Source of the DNA: Kondoa subrosea
Lineage: Eukaryota
DNA length: 64,000 nt
Direction of reading: 5' to 3'
Assembly (NCBI GenBank): GCA_039545335.1
Contig: BCIN01000002.1
Coordinates: forward strand, 2,156,484 to 2,220,483
Part shown: piece by piece, positions 30,364 to 43,161 of the stretch
How positions within the stretch are numbered: position 1 is the stretch's first letter
Layout: each line of letters opens with the position of its first letter
The notes under the pieces: generated by a model
The model's input: the letters and a program-made list of their open reading frames with translations, nothing else
What the model was told of the DNA's origin: nothing
Database searches by the model: none
Made by a program: the position numbers and the translations under genes

Positions 30364-31448
30364 TCAAGCTGTCTGCGGCATTCCAGCTACACCCTTGTGA
30401 CTTAAGACCTGCTCAAAGCCCTGCAGTATATCTGCCTTTGCCTAACCAGAACATCAGCTTGCGTCTGCACTTAAGCAAGGAAGCTAACCTTGGGTGATAT
30501 TGGATTCTTGTCAGACAAATATGCCTGTATCAATTCGTTTGCAATGAACTTGTTCTTCAGTAAGCCCAGCGTCCGGTCCTATTCGTAGCCGTAAGCAAAG
30601 CAGCAGACGATAAGCCATAATCATACCTGGTATTCTACAGCTAAATCGCCATCCTCCGTTCTCATCAAAAGCATACATTCACCCTTCTTCATTTTACCAG
30701 TAGGGAAGAAAGACTTGAACTCTTCAAGCGATTTCGAAACATCTTCATCCCGTCCTCTCAGTGCTTTCCGAGCAAGAACAGCCCGTACAAGCCCATCCCT
30801 CAGATGCGAAAAGTCGGTTCCTCTTGTAGGAACAATGCGTATACAAAGCTCGACTGGGAAACGATATAGCGAGTCCATTAGCGCTTCCATAGGTCTTTCA
30901 TCGCCGATTGGTTTCTGATTTAGTGCTTGAACAGAAAGGTTTGCCCATCCGGGTACTCGATGAAGACAGCGTAGTGTTCCTTGAGAAGCATATACTGCTC
31001 TAGAACGTCAGACATTGCGACGACATGAAGCCTGAGATGAGCTCACATCCAACAGTGTACACCTGAATACCGAGGAAGGTGACTGTTCGCACGCCAAGAC
31101 CGACAAGTTCTAGCGGTGAGCCAGCATGCGAAGGCTTGATCTGACGGCAGACTCAAATTTGAGTGACCCAGTGAGCAACGAAGAGAAGCTTACCTGGGTC
31201 GGAAAGACTTGCTGCGAATCAGGATCTGTTCGTTCACCACTTGAACCAGACGTCGGCGCTTCTGCTGATGCGATAGGCCAGGAGAAATAGAGTACAGCGA
31301 GAGAAAGAGGAATTGCGATTAATTTCGCCTGAGATCTCGCTGGTCTGGGCAGAGCTGTATGTAGTGATCGCTTGGCGAGCCTCCGTGACGCTGCTGTGGA
31401 CGATGCAACGAGCTGCCGTTCTGTACGAACAATGTGATTACGTAACAT
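30364..31448 (-). CDS. Mitochondrial chalcone-isomerase-fold protein, Aim18/Aim46-like
   Basis: Arg-rich presequence plus TM segment, LVGLGVRTVTFLGIQVYTVG and IRIVPTRGTDFSHLRDGLVR. Confidence 0.85.
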
Positions 31449-31561
31449 CTTGGTTGGTCTTGAAGAAGAAGAGCGAATCCCAAAATCGCTCTGGCTACCA
31501 GCAGCCTTCCACATTGGTCTTACATCGTCGTTACACTGTACACCCCTTTCTACTTGCGCAA

Positions 31562-34276
31562 TTACTTGTCACTTGGTTCGTCAATATATTTGGCCTTCGA
31601 AATCCAGTGCATGCCCCATATCTCAGTACCTTGAGCAGCGGCCATACTGTGAGCATGACGCATCAGTAAGCAATGATACATTGCTTAGGTACGATCTGCT
31701 CACCGATAATATTTAGCAGCTTTCTTCTTATCACGCTTGCAGCCTTTGCCATTCAGATAGCAGAAAGCGAGTTCTATTCGACGCGTCAGTTTGTGTGAAC
31801 ACGTGCATATGAGAACACTCACCATTCTGAGCATCCGGATCGCCAAGATTGGCAGCCAATTCAAAGTAATTCAATGCCTTTCACAACCACATCAGGCCCG
31901 CCTCGTACTTCAAAATGTGCTAACTCACCATCTTCTTATCTTTCTTAACACCCCAACCTCGTCTGAAGCACATCCCAAGCTCATAAACCGCTAAAACCAA
32001 TTCAAATTTAGCTTCCATTTCTTTCTCCTTCACTTTGCCTTGCAAAACCGCTTGATCCAAATCATCAACCACACTTTCCGCAGCTTTCTGTAACCAAGTG
32101 AAACCTTTTTGTTCATCTTGATTGACTCCCCATCCATGTAACAAAGTTAAACCCCAAAGTAACATTCCTGGTCCGCAACCACCTTCTATTTTAGCTGATC
32201 TTTCGAAATAATAAGCAGATTCAGTTAGTGAAGAAGATTCATGTTGTTCTATTCCTAACAACAGACAATCCAATGGTTTGTCAGGTGAGAGAACTCGATC
32301 ATTGGTCCCTGTTGCTTGATGACGAGATTTAGGTGAGGTTGCTGTAGAAGGAGTGAGAAGTGGTTGCATGTTTGCTATTGAGATTTTTGTTTTCGCAAAT
32401 GCTGTATGAGCGTTAGCTTGAGCTGGTGTTCTAGATGACGAAGAAGGTTGAGGAGTATGACGAGGTGTATTAGAAGAGATAGAATGAGTTGATGGTTGAG
32501 GCGAATGATTCCTTGATCCATTGCCGTTCTCATCAGGTAAGGAATATATTGAATACGCAGAATAGACTGAATTCGTACTTCCTTTCCTTCTTGGTGAAAT
32601 CTCCTCTTCACCACCTGAAGCTAAATCTTCCGTATCGCTTTCCTCCCTTCTCTTCGAAGGAGACAAAGAAGATTGATACTGTTGATGTTGTTGCTGGTAT
32701 ATTAATCTCCTTCTTTCCTCTTCTGCTCTTTCTTGAGCTTCATGCCGACTTTGCATTCTCTGCCAATCAGCTTCCGCATCCAAATCTTGAGTCAAAGTAG
32801 GCGGTGAGAAAACAATTTCAGGTGGTGCAGCCATATCTCTAGTATTGTTATCGTTATTCTCTGCAATAGATTCACGCCAATGTTGAGTATCTGAAGATTC
32901 TCTCTTGTATGAACCCATTGAGAAGAAAGATTTCCATTTACTTGATCTTTTTGACATTGTGGATATTCCATCCGAATCAGGTGAACCAGTATCTTGGGAA
33001 TATCTCATCCCAGGCATTTTACTACTCGAGTTGGATTGACTTCGTTTAATGCTTGCTTTAGATGATTTCCTACGCAGTTTGTTCGGTCTATGAGGGGAAG
33101 AGGAGATAGGTTGCTGGTCGTTTGTTGTAATGAAAGAAGAAGAGGATTGAGCAATAGGGGAATTTGAGAAAGATGCGCCGCTTGGACCTGGTATGTTGGA
33201 AGAATACTCTGACTTGGCGTAACCCGAGGTCTGTGATATGAGAGCAGGTCGAGGAAAGTAGGGTTCTGACTGTGCTAGACTTCGTGTAGAGGCGTCTGAG
33301 ATAGATCGATGAAAGGTAGGTGCAGCGTTGCTTGGGCGATGATTCGATCTATTCCGTTCAAGAATAACTACATCCGGCTGATACTGCTGCACATCTGATC
33401 TTGCAAAATATCTAGAGCTTGGCGATTGCGATGCTGCGCTACGCAAAGAATTGAGAGATGGCTTTGCATTGAGCTTCCTTTCTTCAGATGGTAGACTTTC
33501 AGCGACTTGGTTAAGATTGAAAGGTCGACTGAAGTTTCTTGATGCTGTAGTATTTGACCGTACTCTGCTGCTTCTAGTAGACGAAGGAGACTCTGCAGCG
33601 TCTGATACAGGTGAAATTGGAACAGCTTCTGATACAGCTCGTGCTGGAGTGACTGGCTCCTCTCTGAAGTGACCTCGCTCTTGCTCTTCCTGGTAAGGTG
33701 CTGTTGTATCGTAATAGGAAGAGATATCGGTCGTGAAGCCTTGGGTGTGATCTGGGCTTGGCTGGGCAACCGATGTTCTTGAATTCATAGTGCTCATGCT
33801 TTGTCTGCTTTCGTAATTCTACCAAATCATATGAGCTGTTCTTTCCTGTCCTTCTGCAGGTGCTAAGACTAACTGCATATTGAAATGGATCCGTCTTGGA
33901 AACAGCAGAAAATGCAGAAGCTCGCTGTGGATCTCTGCTGCCAGAGATAGATTCGGTATCTTGTGCATAATCGTAGGTGTAGGCACTGTCTGGCCTAGCT
34001 GTCGAATGGGTATATTGACTATCTCTACTTCCGCCGAGAGTTTCCTCGGCATGCTCTTCGTATGAAGGCTTTGGCTGGAAATGGTTCTGAGCCCTCATTG
34101 TAAGCATTTGGTATCAATCTAGGAGGTATCCAGCTTGAAAGAAGGAGCCGACTCGGCTGCCTATGGAAGACTAGCATTATTGATATTCGCGCAGCTTGAC
34201 CTAGCACCGCCGTGACTGTGGTCGCCCTTCGCCTGTCAAACAGCTGATACTTGTATCTGCTCTGTGACCTGTCCAT
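31562..34276 (-). CDS. Sel1-like repeat protein with long disordered N-terminus (Dsf2/Nif1-like)
   Basis: LLGIEQHE..ESAYYFERSA, GMLLWGLTLLHGWGV, LAVYELGMCFRRGWGVKKDKK, AANLGDPDAQ and ELAFCYLNGKGCKRDKKKAAKYYR. Start uncertain. Confidence 0.8.
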
Positions 34277-34395
34277 TTGCTCTTTTGTGAAATCAACTGT
34301 CCTTGTGCGCGAGCACGTTCATTCCAATTGGCCCCACCATTGGCTTCTCAGGTCGTCTCAGTCTGGTCGTCTGTGTCTACGTCTCGCACGAAATC

Positions 34396-35433
34396 ATGTC
34401 TGTCCAATGGGTGTATGTTCACTACCTTGCAGGAACGCGTCTGAAGCTGATGCTACAAACCTATTCAAGATCTCAACAAAGCGGACAGGACACTCCTGGT
34501 AACGCTATCAAAGCTGGTGTACGCACTCCCTTTCCTCTTTATCAGCAGACCCATTCTGATCCTATGCAACAGCGCGAATCCAGCGGTGAAGGCATGCTTT
34601 GACCTCCCGCTGATCCTGTCTTCCTTCTCATGCTCCAACACTAGAATTCTTCGTCGCTCGTGGTAAACATGGTGACTCTGTCCACCCTGGAAAAGTAGGT
34701 CTTTCAAACTTTGGTTATTACGTTTCTCACATGAAATGCTTTAGTTCGGTCCTACTACTGGTCGCGGGGTCTTGTTTCCCTTTGCGGGCAAAGAAGAGGT
34801 GAGTGCCTAGCCATAATCTCGCAGACTTGTACTAATTGAGCGACAGTATGCTGGATCTTATGATTTACTCTGCGGTGATGAAAGCGCCGTCAAGTGGTGC
34901 GTTCTCTTCCTTCTACCATTTCGCGGCTCAGCTAGGGTGTAGGGTCGAGCAAAACGGTAAACTCAACTTGGACGGAATGAACCCGTGAGTTTCCTCATTG
35001 TTAGCGTTTGAATGAGCTGAATCATTTGTAACAGTGTCGAAGGAGGTAAAGATGAGAACGGTGAACCATCATACGTTATTCAGGTACGCTCTCGCCGATT
35101 TGCATTGGAGAAGTTTAGCTTATCTGTGATTCAGGTCGACTACGAAGGTCGGTGAATTGTTGAAAGGTCATTAACTTTGCTGATGCCTTGGTCCGTTCCC
35201 TTCAGGTGGTGTCATTCCAGGCAAGATTCCACAATCTTGGGACCAGGCCAGCGTTGGATATGCAGGTTTGTCCTATCTTCTGTTCATCCTCTGTTCACAT
35301 TGCATTCACTGACTCACACCTTTGTAGGCAAAGAATGGCCATGTACGTCTGTATGCCCGGTGTCTGCGCGCAAAAAGCTGACGTAGGGGAACGACGAGCA
35401 GTCCCAACTTACAGAGTCTTGTGCCACGCTTGA
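34396..35433 (+). CDS. DM9-repeat (DUF3421) protein
   Basis: Spliced: W..PGNAIKAGRESSGEEFFVARGKHGDSVHPGK..FAGKEE..YDLLCG, then a second repeat VEGGKDENGEPSYVIQ..GVIPGK..YRVLC. Confidence 0.75.
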
Positions 35434-35666
35434 GTACTTTTCGAGTCACTTGCGCGAGCTGGATCAAGCGAAATATGTTGGGAAAGCAAACGGTATTGCA
35501 AATGCATGATTTATGAACATGTCGATTTCGCTTGCTTCTCGTAGTGTTACTTGCTCGCTGCCATCCGCAGTGCTTTCTTCTCGCTTCTAGCCAACTTCTT
35601 CGGCATATTGAGATTTCATCAATTCCTCGACTCGAGTTGCTCGTTTGCAAACAAAGACCCAAAAAC

Positions 35667-36924
35667 ATGAAAGCTGTCCGGCAGCTGTCTCGTCAAGCGC
35701 GGAGTACGTTCTATTAGCTCAGTATCAGACCTCTGCTGATTTCCCTGCAGCGCTACACACTTCAACAAAATGTCGAGCTATAACAGAATTGAAATTACCT
35801 TCAATGAGTCCTACAATGGAGACTGGCACTATCAGTAAATGGGCAGTAGCTGAAGGAGACAAATTTAGCGCTGGGGATGTGTTGCTGAGCATGGAAACTG
35901 ATAAAGCGTGCGTTTCTCATATCTTGTTCATGCGAATCGTTTCGCTCAATTAACTTCTGGGCCAGTGAGATAGAGGTGGAAGCTCAGGTAAGTCTTGGTA
36001 AGTAAAACGCAGTACTCGAGCTAATAGCTACACAGGACGACGGAGTAATGGGCAAAATCATCGTGCGTTGAGACTGATCTTTGCTGTTACATACGGCTGA
36101 GAATGCAGTACTAATGCACAGCAACAAAACGGAGCTGCCAATATCCCAGTAGGTCAAGTCATTGCTTTATTGGCAGAGGAAGGGGACGACATATCAAATC
36201 TCGAAGCACCTACAAGTAAACCAAAAGAAGAAGCTTCAACTCAATCTGGCTCCTCTTCTCAATCCAAACCAGCTCAATCAACATCATCTTCTTCACCTGA
36301 ACCCTCTCCCAAATCTTCTAAACCAGAACCTTCTCCTTCCCCTTCCTCTTCAAATCACTCCAATGCTGGATTATTACCTTCCGTTGCAAGATTACTAGCT
36401 TCTTCCAACTTGGATCTATCCAAGATAAAAGCAACTGGTAAATCAGGTCGATATACAAAAGGTGACATACTTTTAGCCTTAGGGAAAGCTTCAAGTGCAG
36501 ATGGAACTTTCACTCAAGCAAGAGCAAAGGAAATTACTCATACACCTCTGTGGGGAGAAAAGGGTACACCAGTAGATGGATATGGGGGTAACGATTCGAA
36601 AGATGTCAAGAAGGATGGAGCGAAAGAAATCGTTCTTGATGCAAGAGGATTGAGGAGTTTGATTATGAAGGGCATGAGTCAGACGCCAGTCGTCAAGAAA
36701 GTGGAAGGTTTGTTCCATGACAGCCATGCGCAGACTAGTGCTTAGAAATGATCTCTCTTTGTACAGATCTCACATTCGACTCGATTCTGGAAGGCTACTT
36801 GCCAACTCCTTCCCCGCTAGAAGAGCTACAGCGAATGAATGAGTTACGAGCGAAGAGGGAGCTATTAGGAAAGGGTATACCGCTGAGTGCGAAGGATCCG
36901 TTAGATGAGCTGTTTGTTCTGTGA
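35667..36924 (+). CDS. PDX1: Pyruvate dehydrogenase protein X (E3-binding protein): lipoyl domain plus PSBD
   Basis: Mitochondrial presequence, LPSMSPTMETGTISKW..ETDKA lipoyl motif and PSVARLL..IKATGKSGRYTKGDIL; no acetyltransferase domain. Confidence 0.8.
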
Positions 36925-37193
36925 TTTTGGGATTATTTTGCATCATTTAGATGTAAGTCAATCACTGAATTTCAAGATGGACAGGCTAATAGTCTTGTTT
37001 AGTATTCCCTCTCCTGATCTGTACTTCGCGCGTGATTTGTTTCTGCCCTCTCTGCTCGCTATATACAATTCGTTCGGACTGATAATCGCTCAACCCGTTC
37101 TCAGACTTGTTGCGGCCAACCCCCTTTCTATTGTAGCAACGGCTGTAGAATTCCTATCGACCATCGCTACTCTCCTGTCTTCTGTCGGATCTG

Positions 37194-40128
37194 TTAAATT
37201 TGCTGATGTTCAAAATCAAATTTTTGCCCATTCAAGACTTGTGCAGTGGTGAGCGTCTGACTTCTGTTTTGGAAAGTGCGAACAAAATCTCCAAAATGAG
37301 TATCTTTTGCTTTGCCGGTCAGAAAGAAGGATAAGTTGCCAACAAGGATCAGATGCTTCTTGGCCCTTGTCAGGGCAACATTAGCTCGTAGTTTGTTGTT
37401 GAGGAATCCAGGTGCTCTAAATCCGGAATGAGGTTTGCCAATTCTTGTAGAGGCTAAACTCACGTAATTCTGACCAAGCTGATGAATACAAAGCTAGACA
37501 GATGATGAGCAAGGACAAAAATGGTGTTCGGACAGCTGACTCTGCTTCGTGACCTGGTTGAAGCGAATGAGGCCTCAGTCTATTGCTTCTGCTGGCATAT
37601 TGCATTCTCACCTTGACAAGTATCCACTGACCGAATCCGATCATCTAATCGCGACTCTGGTATCCGGTTCCCTGAATTCCGTCTGTTATGCTCAGCTAAA
37701 GATGTACGTAGCTTGTTTGCAATCAAATCTTTCTGCTTCAAGTAAGGGCAGATCACGAAGAATTCCGTGTGTATATAATGAGTCATGATCAGCTTGACTA
37801 GTACATCTGCTTCTTTGGTATTCTGCATCATACAAAAAAATCAGCATTAAATTTCGTGCATTCAATGTTAGCACGCACGATGTAGCCTTGTTGAGCAGAT
37901 TTCTCCGTGTGCACCACATCCACAAAACTAGTGGAGCTGAGGGGAACAACAGGCTTGAAAGATTGCAATCTGTTATCATAAATCCTGGAACTCGTAAAGC
38001 TTCCTACATCTTCAGGCATTCGGTATTGTGTAGTCAACATAAGATCGCTGTCGATGAGGCTAAAGACGCTCTTCACTGCCTCCGAATTCTCGCTGCCAAA
38101 CGGTTCTAGCTGTTTTGGGCTTTGCGATGTCAGATTGGCAGCTGATATTGATGAATAACCAACTCACTCGCCAACACACTGTAAACGCTTTTAGCCAGTT
38201 AAGCAACAGAATTCCGAAGAAAACTCACAGAGAATCTTTGCAGCGTCTTCTTGTATATTTCGAAGACATGCGGCAGAGCATCGACGGAGAGCTGAGAAGC
38301 TTCATCGAGAATCAGGTGTGTTAACTTTCTTCGTCTGAGTATCTTGATCATCGTCTCGCTTGAGAGTTGAGCTAGACTACACAGAATGACGGTATTTGGA
38401 CCAATCTTCAGATCCTGCTGACGGTTGTCCATTGACTTGAGTTTCGAAATTTTGATAACATGCTTTTCAAACTTCTTGTACGCCCCTTCATGCCACTACA
38501 CCCCACTTATTGCCGTGCTATACTATGTCGGAAGAAAGTCCTCACCTGGATATAATATCGGTCCGAGCTGCCATGTAAGAGGCATTAGACAGCTTCAAGA
38601 CAATGCGGGTATCAACTTACCAGACAATCACAAAATGTGTTACACCTTTTTTGTGTAAAGCTTCAGCGAGGTTCCTCACAGCGCTATTCGTTTGAGCAGA
38701 TATGACGTAAAAATGGTTTGGCAGATGGGCAGAAGCTTCAATTACAGCTGCAATGGTAGTTGTTTTGCCTGATGTGAATGTTAAGTTTGGCGTACAACAT
38801 AGAAGCATTGCGTACCTGTACCCGGTGGTCCTGACGATTTTGATAAGCACGAGTCACCTCTGTGGGATTGCAACATACCGTGGAGCAAACACACAGCCTG
38901 CGCGCCGCACAAAATGTGCTTGGCAGCGTTGTGTTGAGAAGCGTTCAATTCTGCCGAGATGCTGTACTGCCGCTGTTCTTCGACGACAGCTGGAGCGGAG
39001 AAGAAGACGCGCTGCGAAATCTTTGATGCCTTGATATTGCAGTGCATAGCTTCTTGCAGATATAGAGCTCTACACTTTTGTCAGAATTGACATTTACGAT
39101 GATCATGGACACTCACCTGTAGTCTTCATCTGGGGCAGGAATATCGGCTTGCTCAATGACTTTGATCGATTTCCAGCTGCTTGCCTCATTCTGGAAAAGT
39201 ATGACTTTCTTCTGCTTGCCGTGTGGACTCCAGACCACCACTCCATGTCCTCTCTTTCCGTTGGCAAATGTGACCATGACCTTATCGCCACTGCTCAATT
39301 GGTTGACGTATTCGTTATTGGTAACATCGTATGCCTTGTCCTTCCTTAAAATCGATTTGCTAAAGGAAGACTTGTATGTTGTCGTCTGTTGCTGAGCAAT
39401 GACTACAACAGTATTAGGATTGTGAACGGATCCGAAGGCCGGAATATACCTAGAGATGATGCGAGAAGGTTGCCGTACTCTCTAAGCTCCTCGCCAGACA
39501 GTTTTTTCAAGTCCAGTATCTTAGCTTTCAGAAGCACAGCAGGATCGGTCTGCCAACACTCCATAGGTGCCCATACCATTTGGATGGCATAAAGCTTTGT
39601 CTTCGGTGTTAGAGAGCTGGTACACCAAGCTATCGCTACCTTTTCTCGATCGTTGAGCAGAGTCTTGCCCGGACCCAGGCAAAGCTCGGAAAACAGATCA
39701 GATACTGATGGCTGATGGAATGTTGTACCTCCAAGATGAATTGTCCAGTAGATACGGGTGAGATCAATGCCGTCTGCGAGGAGATAGCCGAAGTTCCGAT
39801 GCAGAAGCAGGGCGATTGGCGCGAGCGAGACACAAGTCTTGATTGAAGATCCAGACAGGAGATTTGCCAGTGCGGATGACGTGGCGCTAGTTGGCTGACG
39901 CCGAGGCATATCGATAAGAAGACAGCGGGATTCGACCATGAGCTGTAGAATTCCAATCCTGTCTCCTTGACATTGCGCTGCTACCGCAACCACAGCCTTA
40001 GGATCTGTACCACAAAGCCATTGAATTTTAGCAGTATCGACCTCGCTGTGAAGTGTCAACCGGTATGAGACTTGAACATTAGAAATTGACCCTGCAATGG
40101 TTGGCAACGTTATATTTTGCGCAGACAT
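37194..40128 (-). CDS. Upf1/DNA2-like SF1B helicase with an N-terminal degenerate 3'-5' exonuclease-like domain
   Basis: HGPPGTGKTT (spliced), SAQTNSAVRNL, LILDEASQ, LTTQYRMP, VICPY..Q, SVDTCQG and GFLNNKLRANVALTRAK. Confidence 0.88.
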
Positions 40129-40354
40129 TCTTCGGCCAGAACGGTTGCTGGGAGAGATCAGACAGCAAGCTCGAGAGAATCAAGAGAGAAAGAAAACAAA
40201 TTTTTGCTGCGGCTAGATTAGCCTGGATAGAAGGCATCTATCTCGTTCGCGAGAGTTGCGAGAGGGGCGGAATTCGATACGCAGATAGAGGTGTCCGTAA
40301 TGCATTGATATTGTCATGTGAGGAATTTATGCCCCGATGATTGATGCTGATATA

Positions 40355-42947
40355 CTAAGGCTGAAAGTGAAAATCGAGTGCATTTTTGACTGAACTTCGT
40401 ATGTGGTCTGTGCGTACCTAAGCGTAAGCTGAGCTTCTGGCAGGACAAACCGCATACCTGATCCTCCCAGCAGACGAATGATGCCAGCCGCTTTCATGGT
40501 GTTGTAAGGCTCTGCAAGCGCAATGAGCCGGTGTCGAAGGCTCAAAGATATAATCATACGTTGCGCTAAATGCACAATGTATACCTGGATGAAGCAAGTC
40601 AGACGTATTATCCGCATCTGATTGCCAAGGACATACAGGAACATCTCGCTCTTTGTAATTCTGGACCACTTCGAGCAGAATTTGAGCCGCCGATGCATCT
40701 GCCAAGATTATTTAGACATGACCTGCTGGACAAATCAAGCAAGCATACCAAGATCATCAACATCTCCCTGTCTCTTCGGTTAGTAAAGCCTGGGAAAGCG
40801 AGATCGGACTGACCATATGCAGAACAAGCAACCCAGCTTCACCTCTCTTGGGCGACGCTGAAGGATGATGAGGTGAAGATCCAAAGCGTTCCAGTCGACG
40901 GAGCCGTTCCTTAAGAGCTCCGGCATTGGCTATGAGATATTATTAAGCAACGATGTAAGCAGAACAGGATAGACTAACCGAAATTCATATCCCCTCTTAT
41001 CCTCGCGCTGATCTGGAATATCAGTCCGAGCATTGAAAAGAGAGACGGAACCCACATCAATACTCCCGGAACTTCTTCATTGTCCTGTTCTGTGTCCTCA
41101 GCCAGCGAGACCCATTCATCCGTTCCTGGCATTCTGCGAACGGAGTATAAGCATTGCACAGAGCTCAAAGAAATCCACCTTACCGGCCCATAACTTTGAT
41201 ATGCATTGATGCAGAACGTTGTACAACCATTATGAGTGACCTGATAAGCCGATCAGTATTGTTTCGATTAGCTCCGCAACACACATACAAGGCTATCGAG
41301 ATCACTACTCCTGCCTGAAGCACTGTTAGCCTCTACTAGAGAACCTTACAATATACTCACCTGAACATTCCATATGATAGTCAACATGAAGGTAGCCAAC
41401 ATCAAGCCCAGATCAGCCCATGCCCTCATCTTAACAAAGAAAGCGATATCATGCGGTGCTTCTTTGATAATGGAGTAGACAACCAGACATATGATCGTAG
41501 CCAGAATACACTTTGGCAAGTAGAACAGACTACCGAGGAGGAAATAAGTAGCTAGAATAACGAAGGTCGAGCTGAAGAGACCGGCAGCTTGTGATCTGGC
41601 TCCGGCGCTTCCATTCAATCTCGATCGAGTGATTGATCCATAGGCTGGTAATGTGCCAGATACGAAACTTGCTGCTATATTTGCAGTTCCAAGAGCGACC
41701 AGTTCACGATTTGGCGAGACGGAATCTGCGATTTGTCAGTTAGATTTGTCAGGCCGAGCTGTATACTCACAATTATATATTGAAGCATTCTGCTTTGCGG
41801 CCACAATCGAGTCAATGAATCCCATGATAGCAATCAAGGCAGCATTCGGTAATGTCGATGTGAAATATCTTGAGGCGGTATAAAGAGGTATTCTGATCTT
41901 GACGTGTCCTGCACTGACATGACCCAAGATAGATAATCCTTTTTGATCCCATCGAAAGAAAGAGGAGAGCCATGTTGTTAGTACTACAGTGATGAGGACT
42001 TCAGGTAGAAAACGGATCCAGCCTTGTCTCGTCACTAAGCGGGTCTTCATAGTTCGGTAGGTAATGAGGGAAAAGAGAGCGACAAGGGAGAGCACTAGAG
42101 TCAAGAGATGGAAGCGAGGAGAGTATTCTACAACGAAAAGGAACTTTTCCAGGGTGCTTGCTGCAGCGGTGCCAGCTTCTTTCTCCCATCTGTTGTACGC
42201 GTTCAGAGACTCGGAGCGATCAGCAGACAGAGATTCTACGCACGCTTCAATGCCAAGAATGATAGGCATCTGCTCGACCAAAATGACCACACCGACACCA
42301 CTTATAAATCCACGAAGCAAAGGTCGAGAGAGAACTGCATCCAAGAAACCGAGTCGGAAAATACCAAGAAGAAACGTGATTACGCCAACTTGTAGCGTGA
42401 TCATCGTCGCCAGAGCGAGACTGAGCCCTTCTTTCTGTTTGTGCAGTGGTATTGTACTCATAACGCTCGATATTGTTTGACCGACCAGAAGCGACAGAGC
42501 GGCCTCTGGACCAACCGACAATTGAGCACTACTACCAAGTATCGAATAGATGAAACCAGGTATGCAGACGCCAAATAGTCCATGCACTGGATCCAGTTTG
42601 GCCAATCCAGCGTAAGCCATAGACTGAGGAACCAAAAGACAGCTCATTGTGAGTCCTGCAGCCAGATCTCCTCCTAACAGCGGTACATCGTAGCTGGGTA
42701 GCCATCTCAGGATAGGGATATAGTAACTCCAGTATGAGTACGACTTCATCCTGCTTTTCAGAGGCTCATGCTGCTCTTGCTTCTGATCAGACACACTTCT
42801 CCGCAGCGCAGGCTTCGTAGAACCATAGTCCGGTGCAGTATTGGAAAGTAGAGATGCAGTCTCAGCATCTTGCGCTTCGACAGCAGATAATTCCGGGTAT
42901 GGCGATCTATGAGCTCTCTCAGCATGAGGACATGTTACTGAAGCCAC
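40355..42947 (-). CDS. SLC26/SulP sulfate (anion) transporter with STAS domain
   Basis: GDLAAGLT..VPQSMAYAGLA, LSVGPEAALSLL, FRLGFLDAVLSRPLLRGF, SPNRELVALG, GSITRSRLN and RIRGDMNF. Confidence 0.93.
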
Positions 42948-43161
42948 GCATACGGCGTTTGCAGATCTCTAGGGGTATTGCTCATTCTGTGGTATCGCGG
43001 TACATTAGAAAAACACGTCAAGCGCGACAAGCTTGGTGGTCACTACAAGCGTCTCCTCGCTCGCCCGCATCATTCAAAAGCAGCTTAGTTGTAATGCAAC
43101 AACATCACGTCCAATTCACACAAGAAGCATAAAAGCATGCAAGACATTCGTACAGCTGTCT

